NCBI RefSeq assembly: GCF_006345805.1
Contig: NC_043009.1
Location: 3,720,001-3,784,000 of the forward strand
Length of the DNA stretch: 64,000 nucleotides
Source of the DNA: Octopus sinensis
Lineage: Eukaryota
Direction of reading: 5' to 3'
Under the pieces are notes generated by a model. The model was not told the DNA's origin. It did no database searches and worked only from the letters and a program-made list of their open reading frames with translations. Numbering within the stretch: the first letter of the stretch is position 1; each line of letters starts with the position of its first letter. Below are positions 53,671-64,000 of the stretch, piece by piece. Position numbers and translations under genes: made by a program.

Positions 53671-54490
53671 TAATAGAAGAAGGCTAATCGATTCTATGAC
53701 ATTAGAATGAAATATCAGTTTCTTTTATAAACGAAAAACATTTTCGCTGGATTGTAGCAAATATGATATCGTTGCGGCCTTGTCATTTCTTTCTCTTGGA
53801 GCATATGAAGCGTAAACAAAATGAAATATCTCGAAATGAGAACTATTTTCCAACAGCATGTAATAAGTTAAAATAATATAAAAATAAAATGAAACAAACT
53901 AAATGAAACTATTCATTTCAAAGCTGTAGTCAGTTGTGGATTCAATCATAAATCTGAATGAAAACTAACAAAACTATGAACAACTATAAAGGGCCATGCC
54001 TCCCCTCATTCTAGTTTAGAGTTATACGTCAAAACGGTACATATTTACCATTGTGCACTTGTAAATTTTCCCTTAAAACTATATTTCATACTACTTGTCT
54101 ACTAAAGGGAGATAACTAATGGGAGGTATGAGATGAATGTGTCTGGTATTATAGGTGGCAGTACGTTACGAAATGCGCGATGCTGAAATCGTTGTTCATT
54201 TAATAGATAAGTTTTGTCAAAAAAGATTGTCTGTTTGCTAGAATATGTATGTATGTATGTGTGTATGTATGTAAGTATGCATGTATGTGTGTGTGTGTAT
54301 GTGTGTATGTATGTGTGCATGTATGTATGTATGTATCTATCTACCTATCGATCTACCTATCTATATATGTATGTGTGTGTGCGTGTGTGTATACAGATAG
54401 AAGGCAGAGAGACAAACAGACAGATAGATCCATACATACATACATAAACAAATAGACAGATATATATATATATTATATATATATATACAC

Positions 54491-54528
<38 letters not shown>

Positions 54529-54583
54529 ATAGATACATACATACATGCATAAATAAATAGACAGATAAATAGATGAATATATA

Positions 54584-54639
<56 letters not shown>

Positions 54640-54668
54640 TATATTATTATATATATATATATATATAT

Positions 54669-54742
<74 letters not shown>

Positions 54743-55406
54743 TAGATAGATAGATAGATGGACACGCAAACAAGCATATACACAACATGCACACGTATAT
54801 ATGAATACATTCTCATATCCATATATGAGCGTGCGTGATTAGTAACGTTAATATTTCTTTTTATGTTGAGACAATGGGATCATGCCGAGATCAGATAACT
54901 AGTCACCAAAATGGATATCAGTCACTCGTTGGTTCTTATTTTATCTCACTTAGATGTATGATAAGCACATTTTTCTCTGGTATAATTGGATGGCCTTCAC
55001 TTCGATACACAGCAATTTCGACCATTTTTCTATTTATAATATTTTGTTAAATTAGTTGAAAGATAAAATTTGCAGGAAAAGTTGAAGACGAAGGACAACG
55101 AATAGACCCTTAGTACATAACTGTTGGTCATTTCTTCTTTATTTTATGTTGAGATGCGGTAAAATTGCATATAAAATGAAAACTGGATTAAAAATTAATT
55201 CTTGTTATGGCAAGCAAGTAGAATCGTTTACACGCCAACAAAATCAGTAGCAGAATTTCTTCCGATTTTATCAGTTCAAATTCCATAGGGGAAAACTTTG
55301 AATTTTCCCCTTTCTGGGCTGAGGGGTAAAATAAATACCGGTTGAACCCCGGGGATTGATGTAAACTACTAAACCCCAAAAATTTTAGAACTTGCGCTTT
55401 CAAAAG

Positions 55407-55452
<46 letters not shown>

Positions 55453-55455
<3 letters not shown>

Positions 55456-56043
55456 TAATAGTTATATCCAAGCCAACATGGAAGTCCAGACAAATAGGAC
55501 GAATGGTGCCGTTCATTAGCTCCAAGAGGCCATCGCCTCTAGCTCGCTATGTGACACACAAACCTGTGTCCACTACAGCCTTCGAACAGGGGAGGTCAGC
55601 AGCTTTGCTGGTCTGGCACCAACACACTAGTTTCGAGGTGGATGCCTCTTAATGTGGAGTACCCGAACCCAGCAGGCGTCGCTTGTGACCGACTGTTCGA
55701 AGGAATATTTACCTAAATTCAGTGGAATACATCTACTGGTCTTCGATGATTGAAACTTCATTATTTCTAATTTTCTCTAAAGGTGACTACGGTAGCGGTA
55801 CTGGATATTAATAGTTATCGCTAAGCTAACATGGCCGTCCGGATAAATAGGACGAACGCTGCCGTTCATTAGCTCCAAAAGGCCGTCGCCTCTAGCTAGC
55901 TATGTGACACACAAACCTGTGTCCATTACAGCCTTCGAACAGGGGAGGTCAGCAGCTTCCCCTTGCTGGTCTGGCAACCACAGACTAGTAGTTGCCTCTT
56001 ATCAATGTGGAGTAGCCGAACCCAGCCGAACACCCAGCAGGGG
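55453..56043 (+). repeat. duplicated GC-rich ~230-bp unit (55453-55676, 55806-56043)
   Basis: Both copies begin tattaatagttat and share gccgttcattagctcc, gacacacaaacctgtgtcc, gccttcgaacaggggaggtcagcagc and cccagcagg. Confidence 0.8.
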
Positions 56044-56044
56044 T

Positions 56045-58660
<2,616 letters not shown>

Positions 58661-59027
58661 TAATAATAATAACAACAATGGCGACAATGATAACAGCAAT
58701 AAGAATGCTAGCGCTATTAACGCTGAGATAGGATGTAATCAACATTGAGGAAGCAGGAATTTTCCAGTATATTGTGGAAATCATGTTAGTTGGAACGTAA
58801 TCAGTTTGCACAGTCTGGATATAACATTTTTTTTTTTTATTATGGAGTGGTTCACCGTCGTTTTCGATGATGAGCATTCTTGAATTAATATCCATACATT
58901 CAATTTCAATTCTGGTGTATCGAAGCAATTCTGAATTTTGATTACGTTCAAGCAATTATTTTATCTCGTAAATTAAAGTATCTCATGTTATTTGGAATTA
59001 AAGTTAGGAAAATTTGGGTAATTTTAG

Positions 59028-59073
59028 CCAATCAACAGACAGCGTGGCATTAGCATCTTGTTACCATGACAAC
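59028..59073. promoter_or_regulatory. CCAAT box plus RFX X-box-like palindrome
   Basis: CCAAT at 59028-59032. GTTACCATGACAAC at 59060-59073 fits the X-box consensus GTNRCC-N-RGYAAC with minor deviation. No gene is identified nearby. Confidence 0.3.
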
Positions 59074-60469
59074 CGCACGTTGTTTTGTTTGATTCTTCAC
59101 ACCACGAGATTTACTTCACCCGCGTGTTTTGTATTTCTATAAACTTATATTTATTAATTGGAATTTTATTGTAGATATTTTTCGTCAATTGTCTTAAAAT
59201 TTTACATATTTTTAAAAATATATTTTACATATATTTTTCATATATATTTTACATATATTGCGTGAAGTTTTTCTGTGTCTACATTAGTTGCAACGAATGC
59301 CTTCCCGTTTAAAGCCAGGTTAGGCCAGATTGGGCCATTCTGCATTTTTATTAAGTGTGTGTGTGTGTGTGTGAGTGTATGTGTATACACACACATACAT
59401 TCATTCATACACACATACATATCTACTCTAATACATACATACATGCACACATACATATCTACACAAATACATACATACATATGTGTGTGTGTGTGTGTGT
59501 GTGTGTGTTTGTGTGTGTATCCCTTGAGAGAGAGGGAGAGAGACAGACAGAGAGAAGAAAGAAAAAAGACGAATCAACTCCTGTAGATATTGGACTGCAG
59601 TTTTACTTATTGGCCGTGAAAAGTTTAAAAGGTAAAGTTGAACTCGGTGCATCTTGAACGCAGAGCGCAGTCAGCCGTAACCAAATCTACAATTTATTCT
59701 GATTCCTAAATGATTTTAGCAATTTGATGCCTTTCTACTACAAACACGAACCCCAGCATTTGTTGATACCGAGAGACGAAGACAACAGGTGGCTAAATCA
59801 ACATTATTTATCTGTTATTATATATTCCTTAATCACATTTCGAGGATCTCTGATCATAAAGAGACGTAACTCTATACTACAAAGAATTTGTCCTTCTCCC
59901 AATCTATTTGACCACTCAACCGCTGGTGCATATTCTTACAAATAACAATGGAAGAAAACATTCTATCTCGAGCATATAATATAATTTACACCGCGTGAGA
60001 GGTTTGAATTCTATTGCGCGAGCTGCTGAAGTAATAACGCACCGACAAAGGAAGTTTATGTGTGGTCGCTCGACCTGTTACTAATAGACGCTACACACCA
60101 TCCTGAAACCAAGCCTTATGCTCGTAAACAAGGAAACGTTGGACGAAATAGTGTTTCGTACATAAGGAGAAAACGGTATGGTTACGTCTTGAATTTCAAG
60201 CACTTCAGCATTGATTAACACGTTGAGGCCTAAGCATTTTGTCTTGTCTTTAAACGGCATACACCCCGGGGGAGGGGGGGTAAAACCGGTTCCTATGAGT
60301 TCGGCGCGTTCTTAGTTCATAGGAGTGTCAAGGGATGATCAGAGTTCGCGACAACATTTCCCGTCTTTATTCGTAAGCCGCCATACATGACCGGTGGCAG
60401 GTCTGCCGAACGTTATGCATTTTCACCGCAGGAGGCCCGAAGACATGATCTGACTCCATCAGGAAGCCA

Positions 60470-60612
60470 CCGGATTCCGGAACAGACACCGCCTGGAATT
60501 AACAATTGCCCTCCTGTCAGTCGAGTTGCGGCCCTAGCACCGCCGGTGTCAGATCTGTCCGACTTAGGCGGCCCTACTAGGGACTCGAAGTCCTCGACGG
60601 CATAGCTCTGAA
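60470..60612 (+). mobile_element. possible RTE-clade LINE UTR fragment
   Basis: gatctgtccgacttaggcggccctactaggga...cggcatagctct resembles a recalled RTE UTR motif (gacctgtccggc.tgggtgaccctacca...gcatagctct). Not verified by search. Confidence 0.35.
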
Positions 60613-60898
60613 ATTCACTCGTTTAACTTTCCCATCTCAATGGAGTCAAGGGTTGGATAAACAACAACAGTAACCACGGCAGTAACCACAGCAGGCGCAC
60701 CAGTAACACCACTAGCAATAGCAGCAGCAACTACACTAATGGCAACATACTCTATTCCTTATCTAATATCTGAACGTTTTCCATGAGAAACCAATTTGAA
60801 AACCTGGAATGTTCTAAAGCAAATGGATGAAACAAATGCATGTTTACAAACACTCAATACACCACAGAGAATTAATTAGCATGTGTTCAGAATCTATT

Positions 60899-60970
60899 GT
60901 GTGGAGGCGCGTGGCTTAGTGGTTAGGGTTTTGGATTCATGATCGTAAGATTGTAGTTTCGATTCCTGGG
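60899..60970 (+). mobile_element. family C SINE head
   Basis: tgtggaggcgcgtggcttagtggttaggg...tttcgattcct. Confidence 0.7.
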
Positions 60971-62494
60971 CTTTAAACCAAATGTTGAAGGCAATTGGTA
61001 TATTACATTAGTATTACCCTTTTCCTGCAAAACATATTATACTTAGTTCGTATAGATACATACAAATACACACGCGCACATACAAACAAGTGCACGCATG
61101 CACAAACATGTATATACACACACACGCACGCAGAGCCAAAAACTAAATTGTTCTCTCTTTTTTCTTTTTCTTTTTTTCTTCTCTTTAGTGGTTTCATTAT
61201 GTAGGTTGCGAACGTAGTAATGTTATATCGGATAAACTTGTATCTTGACGTAAGATCATTGAAGATCTTAGAATCTGCGTTATATACAGTAGAATTTCAA
61301 GTGTTCTTTAGATTCTTTAAACGCTTTTATCCACGTGAAGTAGATTTCACATGTTTTCAGACATAACATCAAAAATCTGTTACCCTTTGAAACGTAATTC
61401 GTTGACGTGTGATTACCTATGTTTACACGTAGATGTTGTTCGGGAACTGACAAATTTCTCAATACCAAACACTGGTACCAGTCCCTCCAAATTCATTCTC
61501 GTGTGTATGAGACTGAATATGCATTCATTTCTACAGGAATATATATGAGTGTGCCTACATTTGCATGTATATATGGATATATATGTGTGTGTATGTATGC
61601 ATGTGTATATAGTGCTTCACTTATCTTTCCTGGGTCTGCAGTTAGTGAACCGTTTTTACCAAACAGTGACCCTATTTTATAGCGTACTGAGGCAGACTCC
61701 ATTGTCAAGTGTAGAAGGCTTTAGGATTTCTTTATATATTTTTGACTGCCCAGGTTTCTCTTTCTTCACTTTCTTTTTCATGAGAGATTTTGAGTTTATT
61801 TTCTATCTCGGAAAGTTCCTATTTTCTATCTCGAAGAGAAATTTAGGTTTGATAGATTTTCAGCGCCATCAGTGCGGAGCTTATCTTTAGCTTATCTTTA
61901 GCATTGTCACCTCTATTATTTAATGGTCTGAGAATATTGTTGGTGATATATTTACTTTGTGGATACATTTACGTTGTGTATAATTTTCAGGATATTTTTT
62001 GGCAATATTATTTGCATGTGAAATATCGGGAAAAAAGAAAACATTTTTATTAATTCGGAATTCCCCCATAATTTAGGAACTTGGCATCTGCAACGTATTC
62101 GCTATTGAATATGACCATATTCTCCAATGCACGGAAGTGTAATTTGAAAAAAACGTAACCGATCCCTAACAAAACAATAATAAATGCTGAAACTAGACGA
62201 ATTCACTTCCATCTCTGCGTAGAGAAAAGGCTTTGGTTACATCACCGAGTCCCTACCATGTCACAAAGAGGCTAAATGTTCCCACATCTCCCATGCATTT
62301 CCCTTTCCCAAACTCCATGTGTCTGACTTCTTTCACACAAGCACATGTGTATATACGCATGTGTGTGTATGGGTATGTGTGTGTATATATATACGTAGTT
62401 ACTCCAAACATGAACAAAGGGAAAACACAACAACGCGATGACGTGGAACAAGTATTGTGTTATTGGGTACTCAGGAAAGGAAAGAAAGAAGGAG

Positions 62495-62530
62495 GATTTA
62501 ACGTTTCGAGCGGAGCTCTTCGCCAGAAAC
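62495..62530 (-). ncRNA. decayed minimal hammerhead (A6->G)
   Basis: Minus: UUU-CUGGCGA-A-GAGC(UCC)GCUC-GAAACGU-U-AAA. 4-bp stem II and palindromic ACGU stem III, but with a core substitution. Confidence 0.45.
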
Positions 62531-62647
62531 ATCGAAAAAGGAAAGTTTCAAGGAAGGGAAGACGGAGAAGGAAAATCGCCAACGATACACATGTGGTCAT
62601 ATATGTATATATATATGCGCGTATATATATAGACATAATGTGCAATT

Positions 62648-62730
<83 letters not shown>

Positions 62731-63177
62731 TATATATATATTTGTGTGTTTCTGTGTGTATATACGTATTGTATAAGTATTGTATACATATCAGGTATAT
62801 AGTTATATGTATATGTGATGAATGCTGCACAGTCAAAAATTCGGAGCAATTGTTAATTTCTTTTCCTTGTAAACACTGAGTAAATAGTTTGCGCTAGTGA
62901 AAATGATTGACCAATTGTGTAGTTCAATGTCTAATAGATTTTATACATAAAAATCTATGAAAGCATATGAGTATATGTGTGTCTCTGTGCCTGTGTACAC
63001 AAAATATGCACACAGACTCACACACATATATATGTGTGTGTGGGTGTGTGTGTCTGTGTGAAGTATGTATGTATATAGAATACATATTTATGTATTAGAT
63101 TTTATGTAAATATATACATACACATATATATACATATATTTATATATACATACATTTATGTATATGTATATGTATAT

Positions 63178-63247
<70 letters not shown>

Positions 63248-63720
63248 ATATATTATATATATGATAATGTGAGACTGACAGAGGGAGAGAGAGAGACAGA
63301 GAGAGACAGAGAGAGACAGAGAGACAGAGAGAGACAGAGAGACAGTGAGACAGAGAGAGAGAGAGAGAGAGAGAAGGACAGTCGGTTATGAAGGATCAGT
63401 TTCAGATTGTTTTGAAAATTTTAGCTGCTTGAGTTTAGCATCTATTAATGTTGAAGGTTTTGAATTGCAAAGGAAACAATACTTAAAATGCTAGAAATAA
63501 AGTAATACATAAAACAAATACAATTAAATGGCGTCAGAAGGGACACACTGGCGCACTAACTCACAAACACACGAATATACATATATACAAATACATACAT
63601 ATATATATATATATACTAATATATGTACATATAAATATATAAGCATAAATATACAAATACATACATATATATATATATACTAATATATGTACATATAAAT
63701 ATATAAGCATAAATATACAA

Positions 63721-63780
<60 letters not shown>

Positions 63781-63849
63781 GTATGTATGTATTCAGTCGC
63801 ACACGCAATCTGTATATATACAAATTTATTTATTTATACGCACACACCC

Positions 63850-63882
<33 letters not shown>

Positions 63883-63931
63883 ATATATTCACAGACAGAC
63901 ATATATATATATATATATATATTCACAGACA

Positions 63932-64000
<69 letters not shown>

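Noticed and set aside
60560-60610. Possible HDV-like ribozyme around tcctcg
   Set aside because: Could not build the P1/P2/P3 nested pseudoknot by hand.

Overview
AT-rich, microsatellite-saturated eukaryotic DNA. The SINE families and (TA)n/(TACA)n/(TAA)n load look like an octopus-type cephalopod genome (inference). I recognise no host protein-coding exon, rRNA or genuine tRNA; most ORFs in the supplied track are microsatellite translations. The window is a patchwork of tRNA-derived SINEs (three families), non-LTR retrotransposon pieces (CR1-like 3' end; three RLE-type R4/Dong-like pieces, two sitting in (TAA)n), Tc1/mariner remnants and MITEs, a small Helitron-like element and Penelope-like (PLE) remnants. 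The stand-out feature is 17648-19847: a near-identical 493-bp unit repeated in tandem and folded back on itself inside a (TA)n tract. Each unit carries a complete type I hammerhead ribozyme with an unusually long stem II (five copies: two on -, three on +). This is the architecture of a non-LTR retrozyme / PLE pseudo-LTR array predicted to release ~493-nt self-cleaved, circularisable RNAs. Other (TA)n-embedded foldbacks (24737-25145, 30838-31222) and one non-foldback repeat (62495-62530) carry minimal or decayed hammerheads of unrelated sequence. All RNA pairings were derived by hand, not computed.
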